Part shown: in pieces, positions 23,973 to 35,201 of the stretch
Layout of the letters: every line of letters begins with the position of its first letter
How positions within the stretch are numbered: the stretch's first letter is position 1
NCBI GenBank assembly: GCA_002189035.1
Contig: NEEC01000016.1
Span: 930,001-994,000 of the forward strand
Direction: 5' to 3'
DNA from: Utricularia gibba
Taxonomy: Eukaryota > Plantae > Magnoliophyta
DNA: 64,000 nucleotides
Notes under the pieces: generated by a model
What the model was told of the DNA's origin: nothing
Database searches by the model: none
Seen by the model: the letters and a program-made list of their open reading frames with translations, nothing else
Translations under genes and position numbers: made by a program

Positions 23973-25482
23973 ATGGCGGTGACTGTTGTTCCCCGTGCTG
24001 TGGTGTTCTTGGTTTTGGTGTTGGCGAATGTGGGGCTTCATGTGAATGCACAGACGAGGGGGACTCGGAATGCCTTCTTTGTGTTTGGTGATTCTTTGGT
24101 GGATAATGGAAACAACAACTACTTGGCTACCACAGCTAGAGCTGATTCTGCACCGTATGGGATCGATTACCCCAGCCACCGGCCCACCGGCCGCTTCTCC
24201 AATGGCCACAACATTCCTGATCTCATCAGTATGCATTTTCTATTCGTGGGTGTGTATGAGTGAGGAAAAATGTGCAGTATTTTATACATTTTGATGGTTG
24301 CAGGCGAGCATTTTGGGTGGGAAGCAACGCTGCCGTACCTGAGCCCTGATCTTTCCGGGCAGAAGCTTTTGGTCGGAGCCAACTTCGCCTCTGCCGGAGT
24401 TGGAGTGCTGAACGACACTGGAATACAATTTGTGTGTCATGGATCCCTTCATTCCCCGTTTTGTTTGCATGATCCATGGAATATGACTGAAGCAAGTGTG
24501 TGTTCGTTTGCAGGTGAACATTATTCGGATATACCAGCAACTGAACTTCTTCCATCAGTACCAGCAGAGGCTGAGTGCGCTCATTGGCAGGGACGAGGCG
24601 AAAAGGCTGGTGAAAAACTCCTTGGTTCTGATGACTCTGGGAGGGAATGATTTCGTCAACAACTACTACTTGGTGCCCTACTCCTTCCGTTCCCAACAGT
24701 ACGCCATTGAAGACTACGTCCCCTTCGTCATCTCCGAGTACAAAAAGGTTTTGGAGGTATGAATCATCACCAGACTTCCCCTGCCATGCACTTTACACAG
24801 ATTTCAGATTTTACGAACCCTGTTTTTGCCAGAGACTCTACGGGCTCGGTGTTCGTCGCGTTTTAGTGACGGGGACGGGGCCGCTTGGCTGTGTGCCGGC
24901 GGAGTTGGCCATGCGCAGCGCGAACGGGGAATGCGATCCCGAGCTGATGAAGGCGGCGGCGCTATGGAACCCTCAGTTGGTAGCAATGCTGGACCAGCTC
25001 AACGGGGAGATCGGCTCCAAAGTGTTTCTTGCAGCCAACACGAACCAAATGCACATGGACTTCATCTCTAACCCCGAACAGTTTGGTAAGAAAATCACTC
25101 CACTTCCCTTCACTTATTCCAGACTTCATTTCTCCATTACTCCATTCCTTCATGCGCATTTACTCAAAACCCTATAATTCTCCGGCAGACATCCCCCTCA
25201 TGTTTATTACCTCCAGAATGTATCATCATCTGATATGCTGTTCCAGGGTTCAAGACTTCGAAGATAGCTTGCTGCGGGCAAGGGCCGTACAACGGGTTGG
25301 GTCTGTGCACGGCGCTGTCGAACCTGTGCTCCAACAGGGACGAGTACGTGTTCTGGGATCCCTTCCATCCGACGGAGAAGGCGAACAGGTTGATCGTCCA
25401 GCAAATCCTGACGGGCACAAACACCTACATGTACCCCATGAACCTGACCGCCGCCATGACCCTCGTCGACTCCGGGTCTTGA
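23973..25482 (+). CDS. GDSL esterase/lipase, LTL1/cutin-synthase-like clade, copy 3 (canonical 5 exons, older paralog)
   Basis: Signal peptide; [31 protein letters not shown]; ANFASAG; [10 protein letters not shown]; [13 protein letters not shown]; [11 protein letters not shown]. Confidence 0.95.
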
Positions 25483-25837
25483 TTCCGATCGAGAATCGGA
25501 AACCAGGAAGCGTAGCGATGCTGTCGTTCGTATTTTGGAATAATTTGTGTGATGCCAAATTTAGTTTTTAGTCCATGAACCATGGAATTCAAGTTTTAGA
25601 ATCGAATTCAAGCCATTTTCTAGTTGTTCTTGATTTTAAAATATTGAGAAAAATAAAATTTAATATTTATAAAATCCCAAAAAAATGAATTCAGATTTAA
25701 TTCTAAATTCAATCCCAAATTTTAAAAATAAAATATATGATTATTATTCATTTGTTTTTTTTTCGCAACCGTACTGTACGGCCTGGCACAGCTGCAATAA
25801 TAAAAAAACAAAATTATTTATGAAAAACTATTGGGGG

Positions 25838-25886
25838 AGCCCAATGGGGGATTGTATTGGGCCATCCATTTGGATCTTGAAGCCCA
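25838..25886 (+). promoter_or_regulatory. Site II (TGGGCY) element cluster
   Basis: AGCCCA 25838-25843, TGGGCC 25858-25863 and AGCCCA 25881-25886, just upstream of a pyrimidine-rich leader-like stretch at ~25915. Confidence 0.5.
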
Positions 25887-26439
25887 AGTTATGTAGCCTT
25901 ATCGGGAAATAACCGCCTCGATGTGGCAAATCTCCGTTTCGCCGTTTTCTGTCATTCCTGCCGTCGAAATGCGACACCCGGAGCGCCGTATCTTCTACTA
26001 CGAAAGGTTTGGAAGAGTTTTTCTCCGTTCGGAGTGTAATTGGTTTAGGCGCCTGGTGTGCAAATTGCCAAGTATTTTCGTCTTCGAACAGGGAAATTCG
26101 CATTTATTGAAAAGGTCGACCGGCAACTGGCATGGTGGTATCTTGTGATGGGAGTGAATGTTGTTGGCTAGAGATAGAAAGTGTACCATTTACACCATAA
26201 AATTTCTGCTGACATTTACTGCTTCCTCATTTTGTGCTGTGAGGATTGAATGAGTGGTAGCCAGTAACTCATGCACCTTTTTATCACGTAAAATCTGTGG
26301 GAATTTGAGCTGCTTCATTCACTTCCAAGTAGATGGGCGTTGAAAAAATTAAATCTTTGGCAAAAAGTTTCTGGAGCTCTTCGTTATAAGAACCAGTCCA
26401 GAATCCATGCTTCCATGCATTGCATGTAGAGTTTAAGAA

Positions 26440-27153
26440 ATGGGGAGAAAGGGGGTGCAGCTATTAGTGATGTTGAGTCTGCTGGGTATGGTGCTTGTGG
26501 GGTGTGTCAGTGGAAGAGAGCTGGAAGAGACTGAAGAATTACAAAAGCCAGATGAAGGCAAAAAATCATTGCTTTCGCAGTCAGATTGTGGTGGAAAACG
26601 TGGTGGCAGCCATGGAATTTCAAATGGAGGCCATGGGAAGACTGGAAAGCATCACAGTCATCATAGTGGAGCTGGAGCTGATCCAGGAACTCGTGGTGGC
26701 AGAGGCATAGGAGTTGATCCTGGAATCGGTGGTGGCAGAGGCACAGGAGTTGATCCAGGAATCGGTGGTGGCAGAGGCATAGGAGTTGATCCAGGAATCG
26801 GTGGTGGCAGAGGCATAGGAGTCGATCCGGGAATCGGTGCTGGCAGAGGCATAGGAGTTGATCCCGGAATCGGTGGTGGTGAAGGAGGGCTAGGTGGTGT
26901 TTTAGGTGGCATTGGCGGTGTTCCGGGACTTGGTGGGAGTCATGGAGGATTAGGTGGTGGCGGCGGCGGTGGCGGTGGCGGTGGCGGTGGCATTGGTGTT
27001 GGTTTAGGTGTAGGATTTGGTCTCGGAGGAGGCGGAGGTGGAGGAGCTGGAGGAGGAGGCGGCTTCGGTGGCGGAGGAGGAGGTGGTTTCGGTGGCGGAG
27101 GAGGAATCGGAGGTGGATTCGGAGGCGGAGCAGCAGGAGGCATTGGCGGCTGA
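26440..27153 (+). CDS. Secreted glycine-rich cell-wall-type protein (237 aa, intronless CDS)
   Basis: Hydrophobic signal peptide then GRELEE; 12-aa GRGIGVDPGIGG repeats; poly-Gly/GGGFG C-terminal half. Confidence 0.88.
   Translation: MGRKGVQLLVMLSLLGMVLVGCVSGRELEETEELQKPDEGKKSLLSQSDCGGKRGGSHGISNGGHGKTGKHHSHHSGAGADPGTRGGRGIGVDPGIGGGRGTGVDPGIGGGRGIGVDPGIGGGRGIGVDPGIGAGRGIGVDPGIGGGEGGLGGVLGGIGGVPGLGGSHGGLGGGGGGGGGGGGGIGVGLGVGFGLGGGGGGGAGGGGGFGGGGGGGFGGGGGIGGGFGGGAAGGIGG
26695..26874 (+). repeat. Five tandem 36-nt coding repeats (GGRGIGVDPGIG)
   Basis: Unit GGTGGCAGAGGCATAGGAGTTGATCC[T/A/G/C]GGAATCGGT starts at 26695, 26731, 26767, 26803 and 26839. Confidence 0.95.
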
Positions 27154-27355
27154 TGAAAACAACTTTGCTTTCTGATAATCTTATTCAATGAAAATAATAC
27201 CACCGCATTTTCTATTCCCGAAACTTTGTTGAATTTGCATTTTCACATCCCAATATTTAAAGAAAACATCCAAAAAAACTGCTGTCGTTATTACACTTAA
27301 GGATAAGATCTGGGTGAGGCAAGGAGGGGATGGCAGCCACACCACATACGAGACG

Positions 27356-27793
27356 ATGATGGTAATGGGAATTGGAACGGGAACCATTCACCGCGGCAGC
27401 AGCCCATTTTCTCGCCGGAAACTGGGCTCCCGGGCACCGGATGTTTCCCGGAAGCTCCCGCGTTTTACCCCCATTTCAAGCTCTAAACGAGACCACCATC
27501 CTTTCTTTCCTCTGAAGCTCTCCGGCAACAAAATTTTGAGGCCTATTATCGGAATACTTGCTCTAGGATTCATTGATGCAGGGTACTCTCCCCAAACCAC
27601 CTTGAGACCGTAGTGCAAGACCAGCACCACTTACCTACATGTTTTTCTGATTCCCAGGTACAGTGGGGATTGGTCTAGAATTGGAGTGATTTCAAGAGAA
27701 ACCGAAGATTTGCTCAAAGCTGCGGCCTTTGTGGTAGTACCTCTATGTATTCTGGCCATATTTTCATTGTCCCACAAAGAGAGCAATGAGTGA
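27356..27793 (+). CDS. Small conserved plant protein (transit-peptide-like N-terminus, GFIDAGYSGDWSRIG motif, C-terminal TM helix), 2 exons
   Basis: Exon 27356-27582, GT-AG intron 27583-27657, exon 27658-27793. Spliced product reads ILALGFIDAG|YSGDWSRIGVISRETEDLLKAAAFVVVPLCILAIFSL, a motif I recognise from uncharacterised plant proteins. Start codon choice uncertain. Confidence 0.8.
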
Positions 27794-28777
27794 TGGGGTG
27801 CTCTAATTGTCATGTCAAGCGTCAACTAGATTTGCTATTTGTTTGATTCCTGAACGAGCTCCGAGTAATATGGCTTTCTATGGGCACAGATCAATATAGC
27901 AGTACACTTCATTCACATCTTGTGAACTTCCTTGCACAGCGGCCAACTGCAAAGCAAAGTCACTTACTTTTTAAAAAGGAACACACCTCACCGCCACTCA
28001 AAGATTCAGAGGCAGGCAGCGCTATGTCCTGAGAGCAGCTGTGACGGCCAACATACTAAAAAAAAAAAAAACAAACAAACAAACAGAAACGAACACTGAT
28101 AAGTTGCAAAAAACGAGCTATGATCATTTTCTGGATCTCCAGAAAGGATTGGTTCCCGCTATGCTGTATCAAAAGGAAAGGAATACTGTCAATGACGAGG
28201 TAGAATTGCTCACAAATTAAAAAAAAAAAAGTGTGAATGAATAACTCCGAGGAGGGGACTGCTTGTGTGGATAACGGGTTGTGTCCTTGAAATACTTCCA
28301 CGATCCACCACCGGGGGATTATTGGTGTGTATTAATTTCGTTCTCAATAATTACATAAGGAAAGGAGTATGTTGCCTTTTCATGAACCTTTCCCCTGCTT
28401 GCGCTACTTGTAGACCTCGCCAAATATCTCCTGCCTGAGAATTTACTTCCAGGAGCAGGATTTGGCATGCGTCAGATACAGGCGGTGGTGGCCGATTATG
28501 ATATTATGTGCTTTTCTTTTTCGCACTTCCCAAGTTACGAACAGGGGTATTTTGCATTTCTATGTAGGCTTGACTTTCAAGTCTTTCTACATCTAAAAAA
28601 TCAGGTCTTGGTGACTAACTCAACTGTTCCAACACATCTGGTTTGATGGGTTGTTGATCTTGTGATGCTATTTTGTTGGGTTCTGGAGAAAGGTCTGATT
28701 TTGCCTTCGATTTAGAATAAGTCTTCGTTCCAGCAATCGATTCCAGGATGAAGCGCGAGTGAGCTAGTGTTCGAGTT

Positions 28778-31700
28778 ATGGTGGTTTCAGGTAATGACCC
28801 GTTAGAATCGATTTTGAACTCAATACGGGTGGTTAAGGACGCTGTGTCGCCCATAGAATCCAATCTCAGAAGGCTCACGAAGAATTTCGAGCATTGCTTT
28901 AGTGGGGCTTCTAAGAATGGGGAGTTTAATGCTGGTTTTGATGATAGTCTTAAACAGGCGGCGCCTGGATCGTTGGGAATTAAGAGGAAGGGTAGTCAAA
29001 ATGTGGTCAGCTGCAGCGAGAAAAGAAAATATAAAGTTCCAGGTACTTTTTTTGTTGGAATCTTTACAGACAAAGGTAGATGTAATGTCAAAAGAAAGGG
29101 ACGAGCTATTGCTGATGGAGTAGTCGAATTTGGCATGGATTCGTCAAAGAAGAGAATTGATGAAAGCACTGGACATGGGGAAAATGATGGGAACTTCCAT
29201 GGGAATTGCTTGAACATCCAAACGGCATTTTCATTTTTGATGAACGGTTTTGTGGAGGCCCTCCCTAAATCTTTCAAGTCTGAGAAAAGACAGTTTCCTA
29301 AGGTTAGTAAAGGAATTGATTCTGACTGCAGCGATTCATATTTAAAACATGATGTAAGATGTGGAGAGGATGATCCTAATCAGTTGAATGCTAAAGAACT
29401 TAAACCTATTCCGTTTGACATTCTCATTAGCTGTGTATTTGATCATTTGAGTCATGTGGTAAAATTTGATGAAGGCATTCATGGGACTGATTGCAAGAAT
29501 CATGGGTGCAGTAAGCCAATAGCAGCATCCAGTCACCGGTTTGACCGAGTGAGAGCACTTTTAAGTATTTTAGAAGGTAAAAGACAAGATGTAAATGGAT
29601 TCCTGGGAAATCTAAACTTCGCCCGTGTAGGATGTGTGCCATCAAATGTCAGTGCTCCATCTTTGGCAAAAGACACCTTGAATGAAGAAATAAGCAATGC
29701 TGATAACAGTGAAGGCAGTAGCAGTCCTCGAAAAAACTTGGTTAATGGATTGCTGAGTATTCCACTTACAAATGTTGAACGTCTGAGGTCAACTCTTTCA
29801 ACGGTATCCTTTACTGAGTTAATTGAACTTCTGCCATTGATGGGAGGGAGACCTTCAAAAACAGATCATCCTGATAAAAGGGAGCTGTTCTCCGTCCAAG
29901 ATTTCTTCAGATACACTGAAACAGAAGGTATCTTTTTCATTTACATTCAGTAACTGTGCTAAGGCTTTATATGTTTGGCTGTGAGCACCAGATGAACGCG
30001 TGGTTATTGCTGCTTAGATTAGGTACAGTTTTGATGCACACAGTGGTCTTGATGAGCAGGGATGATTCCATGGGCGAATGATTTGGATCTTTCCTTCAGA
30101 TAAACATTTTCTGTATATTGTAATTTTCCTTGGAAGTTCCAGGCATTCATATTGCATTTCTGTATGCAGGTATGAGGTTTTTTCAAGAGTTGGACAGGGA
30201 TGGTGATGGACAAGTTACTCTTGAAGATTTGGAAATTGCTATGAGAAAAAGAAAGCTCCCCAAAAGATATGCTAACAAGTTTATGAGCCGAACTCGGAGT
30301 CACTTGTTCTCCAAGTCTTTTGGTTGGAAGCAGTTCTTGTCCATGATGGAACAGAAAGAACCCACCATTCTCCGTGCTTATACCAGCCTTTGTCTGAGCA
30401 AGTCTGGCACGCTTCAGAAAAGTGAAATCTTGGCTTCTCTTCAGAATGCTGGGCTTCCAGCAAATGAAGATAATGCGTTAGCCATGATGCGCTTTTTAAA
30501 TGCTGATTCAGGGGAGTCCATATCCTACGGCCATTTTAGAAATTTTATGCTTTTGCTTCCCTCAGAACGCCTTGAAGAAGATCCAAGGTACACCATTTTT
30601 TTTTTTTCATTTCTGCGCCTTCACAAGGCACAGCATCTCTATATTTGGATTGCTCAGAGTTTGCACTCACGAAAATAGTACAGTCACCAATGTCCTTCAT
30701 CCCTGTGATTATGTTTCCTTAATGTCACTTGTTACAAACACTCGTTTTTCATCAGCATTCTCCTTTACTGTTCTTTCAGAAGCATCTGGTTTGAAGCTGC
30801 TACTGTGGTTGCTGTTCCTCCCCAGTTGAAATACCTGCCGGTAGTGTTCTTAAATCAGCACTGGCTGGAGGACTCTCTTGTGCCCTTTCCACAGCCTTGA
30901 TGTTTCCCATGGACACCGTCAAGGTGATTCTTGTTTTTGAAATGTGTCATCTTTGTGACAATGGCGACTCTGGGATTGAATGCTTTGAACTCCTTTCTTT
31001 CTTCCCCTTCCCTTCTCCTCAGACGCGTGTTCAAGCTTCTACACTTGGATTCTCGGCAATCATATCTAAGCTTCCGCAAATTGGCATCCGTGGATTGTAC
31101 AGAGGATCGATTCCAGCGATACTTGGCCAATTTTCAAGGTGATTTCTTGACTCCAATGTGCATAATCCTCAGTTCTTTGAAGGATCACCTCATCTGAATG
31201 AATCTATAATGCAGCCATGGTCTCAGAACTGGAATTTTTGAAGCGAGCAAGCTCGTCATGATAAATATTGCGCCGACACTTCCAGATTTGCAGGTTAGAA
31301 CACAACTGCCCTGTAGCTTAGCTTGTGAGCTGTTCATGTTGGCTGCCTGCTTGAGCTTGACGACAGCGGAAATGCTGCATTTTTACTGTGGTGTGTTCAG
31401 GTTCAGTCTGTAGCATCATTCTGCAGCACAGTCCTCGGAACAGGCGTACGCATTCCCTGCGAGGTGTTGAAACAGAGGCTTCAGGCTGGTTTGTTTGACA
31501 ATGTCGGCGAGGCTGTGGTCGGCACATGGCAGCAAGACGGCCTCCGAGGCTTCTTCCGTGGGACCGGAGCCACCCTCTTCCGCGAAGTTCCGTTCTACGT
31601 CGCCGGAATGGGCCTTTACGCCGAATCCAAGAAGGTGAGAAGCTTCCCTTGTTCGCATTCCATCGACTTCATCCTCTTTCAACTCGACTCCTTCTGTGGC

Positions 31701-32028
31701 GCAGGCCGTCCAGAAGATCCTGGGGAGGGAGCTGGAGCCTTGGGAGACCATCGCAGTCGGGGCGCTCTCAGGTGGCCTGGCGGCCGTGTTAACCACCCCG
31801 TTCGACGTAATGAAGACGAGGATGATGACTTCTCGGGGCCGTCATATCACTCTATCGACGGTGACGTTCTCCATTCTCCGGCGGGAGGGGCCTCTGGGGC
31901 TCTTCAAAGGCGCCGCGCCTCGATTCTTCTGGATCGCGCCGGTGGGGGCGATGAACTTCGCCGGATATGAGCTCGCGCGAAAGGCCATAGACAATGAAGA
32001 ACACGGAGAGACATCGGTTCAAAAATGA
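28778..32028 (+). CDS. EF-hand-containing mitochondrial substrate carrier (At2g35800/SAMTL-like); apparent -1 frameshift at 30820-30823
   Basis: MVVSGNDPLESILNSI N-terminus; EF-hand DRDGDGQVTLED; carrier signatures PMDTVKTRVQ, PCEVLKQRLQ, PFDVMKTRMM. Exons 28778-29927, 30170-30587, 30780-30923 and four more. Confidence 0.92.
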
Positions 32029-32881
32029 CCCCCCAGCAGCAAGACGACGGCGCAGGAAACGGTTTTGTCAAGTTTCCGGCATCTGCCTAATCATTTCTTC
32101 CGATTCAAACAAAGTGTCTGAACAGTAATCAACCAATCAAAATTATTTGTGAAAAAAACCACAAAATATAGTATATTCAAAACTTTTATAGTGGGAATTA
32201 CAGTTATAATAATAGTAATAATGATAATAAAATGCCTCTTTATGAGATTTTTTTGAAATATTAATTAATTCTTGAAATACAATCTTAAATTAAACAGTAA
32301 AAAATATAGTAAAAAAATTACACAAACAGTAATCCATAAATATAATCAACAAAACACAAAACCCTTCTTTGTTTTATCTAATACTAATTGCTTTATAGCC
32401 AAAATATTTTTTGAATACCGCTAACTAAATATTATCTAAAAAACTAATTCATCTAAATTATTCTTATTTAAATCCAAATAAATTAAATTTCTTTTATCCT
32501 ACCCTCCCCACCAAACACTCCCCAATGCCACTTTGCCGATTCCCCGAACAAAGTAATTATATCTGATAATTAGAAGATATTATAAAATTTTATTTTGTTC
32601 TCAAAATTGAGAGGCAGATGTGACGATAGAAGCATAAGTTAAAGATGATTTCTTCATGAAACCCTAATAATGCTAAGCACCTAAAATATTAATTAATAAT
32701 TCCCAACATGTGTGTCTTGAGACAGACATCTGGTAATTAGGTTTTTTGTAATAGAAAGTTTACAGGAAAGATGGAGAGCAGCCCACACGTGCATTTTATT
32801 TTATTCTTACAAACCGCAAGCCTACACACAGGAACATTCTTCACAGCACAAACCCTTCGTCACTTTGTGATCCATTTCAGC

Positions 32882-33383
32882 TCATGGCTCCTGCCCGTTG
32901 GGAACGTCCTGCCATCCGCCTCTGCGCCACCCGCCGCCTCCGCCATACCCGCGGCCATATCCGCCATACCCGCCACCGCCACCATACCCGCCGCCATACC
33001 CGCCGCCATATCCACCGCCATATTGATCGGTAACCGCCTGGCTCTCATCCTGCCACCCGCCCCACCTTCCGCGGTGCCCGCCATAGCCATGGCCTCCGCC
33101 ATATCCTCGGTGACCGTACCCGCCGCCATACCCACCACCCCATTGATCGGTCTGGACATCGGACTCCTTAACTGCCTTCTCCTTGGCTGGGTCATGCAGC
33201 AAAACAGATGATCAACAACAAGAAAAAGGAAAAAGACCAGGTCGAGAAGAATTCACGAATGGTTTACTTACTAGCTTGAGCAGGATGGGGGTCCTCGGCG
33301 AGCTCCCTAGCCACAGCATGAGACGAGGAGAGGAGAAGAGAAGCCAGCAAGAGACCAGCTAAGAGAAAGAACTTGGAAGCCAT
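32882..33383 (-). CDS. Secreted glycine-rich protein (GRP family, signal peptide + ARELAE), copy 1, 2 exons
   Basis: Exon 1 33383-33272 MASKFFLLAGLLLASLLLSSSHAVARELAEDPHPAQA; GT-AG intron; exon 2 33186-32882 TKEKAVKESDVQTDQWGGGYG...GGWQDVPNGQEP*. Confidence 0.92.
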
Positions 33384-35184
33384 GGTGAGTGCTTTGGGTG
33401 TTCCCAGAGCTCCATCGGCATCTCTCTATTTATAGAAGGATTTTGCCTTCTGAAGTGCGTCTGAACTAAATTATTGGGGCAAATCGGCCTGTCCGACATA
33501 GCGACTACGTGGCAATCCATATCCCAACGGGGTCTTCATCACTGTTTACAGAACCGGTCCCACCTCTCGTCTTAAGTGTGAACATTTGAACTTCTAATCT
33601 CAAGATTTTTAGATCTTATTATCAATATTTTATTGATTGGTTGGTTTGCTAAAATTAAGAATTCAATGTATTTCGCACATATGTGAAATCTGAGTACAAA
33701 AAAAAAAAAAATACAGATCACATTAAAAAAATTAAATCTAATCAATTACTAATATATGCAATTTCTTATATATCTAAATATTTCATTTTCTAATCGTTAT
33801 ATGAGATTGTTTGTTCTAATATGGTTGTGTGTTTGTTTGCTTGGAGGAGCACGAGAAAAATACTTATTTATGCTTCTAAATGCGCATATGTTAAGAAATA
33901 TACCATTAATAATTTTATACGATTTATAAAAAATAATTAATTAAATAATTTTAACCATATTAATCAATACTATTTTTTAAATGAATTTTCTCAATCAATC
34001 CACATAACACGTCTGTTGAATATAATATATATGTATATATATGTAAAAGAGATTTATTAGTTATAATTTTAATTATAATCACATTATTAATTTTTATTTA
34101 AATATAAATAATTTAAATACATTATTATTAAAGCTATCTTATCTAACGACACTTATCTTCTATTGACTTTCTTGTACATGATTCTGAGGATCCAGAGTTT
34201 GAAAGCAAAGGTCACCCAAAAACTCTCCGCACCCTTCATAACCATTTCTCCTTTTAAAAATAATCATATTTTTATCATATTTTAACACACAAAAAGTATC
34301 AATATTACTCTTGGTTTACATGTCTTTTGCCCACATTACACGTTTCTCCCACTAGGCCACTATATATCCCATTTTTCAGTGTCCATTAAAAAAAATTCCA
34401 TTTTTTGGTGTGTTTTTTTATTAATATGATATTTTTAGAAAAAAATATATTTTTAATGGATGTTTAGACTAATCTATCTCATTTTGTTAATAAACTACAC
34501 CATAAAATGCATAATTTCCACAATTTTCATCGATGCCCACATTCACGGGATAGTGAGTCAATCTCGTGTAAAAATTTATTTAATACCAAAATTTAATTTT
34601 ATGCAAAAATTATTTCCAGTATCACTAGTATGCAATATTCCGTTGAGAAGATGGGTTATTATTCAAATTTATAAATTAACAATAAATTCTGTCACCATTC
34701 ATAATTTATTTTCTAAGTTTGTATTCTATAAACATGATTTTATGAAATGATTCTGTTGAATTTTTAAAGATTTGAATCCTTAAACGTTATATGATAAAAT
34801 TAAAAATCTAGAATATATAATTATTTTTAAGAAATATTAATTTATTGAATCTGTGTTTTAATTATTAATTAACGTATTAATTAGAAAAATTAAAATATTC
34901 ATTTTTATCTACTTTAAAAATATATTTATATTATAAAATTAAATTATATAAATAAATTAATGTAAAAAAATTACAATGTGTATTTTATTTTATTGAATTT
35001 TATGATATATATACAAAATAATTTCATATTTTTAAACTGATTACAAACCGAGTATTTTCAACGTAATATTAATCATAAATTGAAAATAAAGTACGAATTT
35101 TGCATTAAAATCTAGGGTTTTATTCATTGCTAGTTAAGTCAAAAAGAGTCGTTGTGATGGTGACTCGCACAAAATGTTTGACCA

Positions 35185-35201
35185 CGTCAATTTTTGCGTC
35201 A
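35185..35201 (-). promoter_or_regulatory. as-1/ocs-like element (two TGACG, 12-bp spacing) upstream of GRP copy 1
   Basis: Minus strand reads TGACGCAAAAATTGACG; conserved at 38876-38892 in the duplicate. Confidence 0.55.

Noticed and set aside
26661-27203. Proline-rich minus-strand ORFs (extensin-like appearance)
   Set aside because: Antisense shadows of the Gly-rich CDS; no signal peptide or proper start.
27850-28560. Possible spliced minus-strand transcript between the small plastid gene and the carrier
   Set aside because: Acceptor-like T-runs exist, but the candidate intron is only ~40 nt and no coherent or recognisable ORF results.
32771-33211. Ala/Pro-rich plus-strand ORF (and its twin at 36399-36881)
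   Set aside because: Antisense of the GRP exon 2; the minus strand has the signal peptide and a canonical intron.
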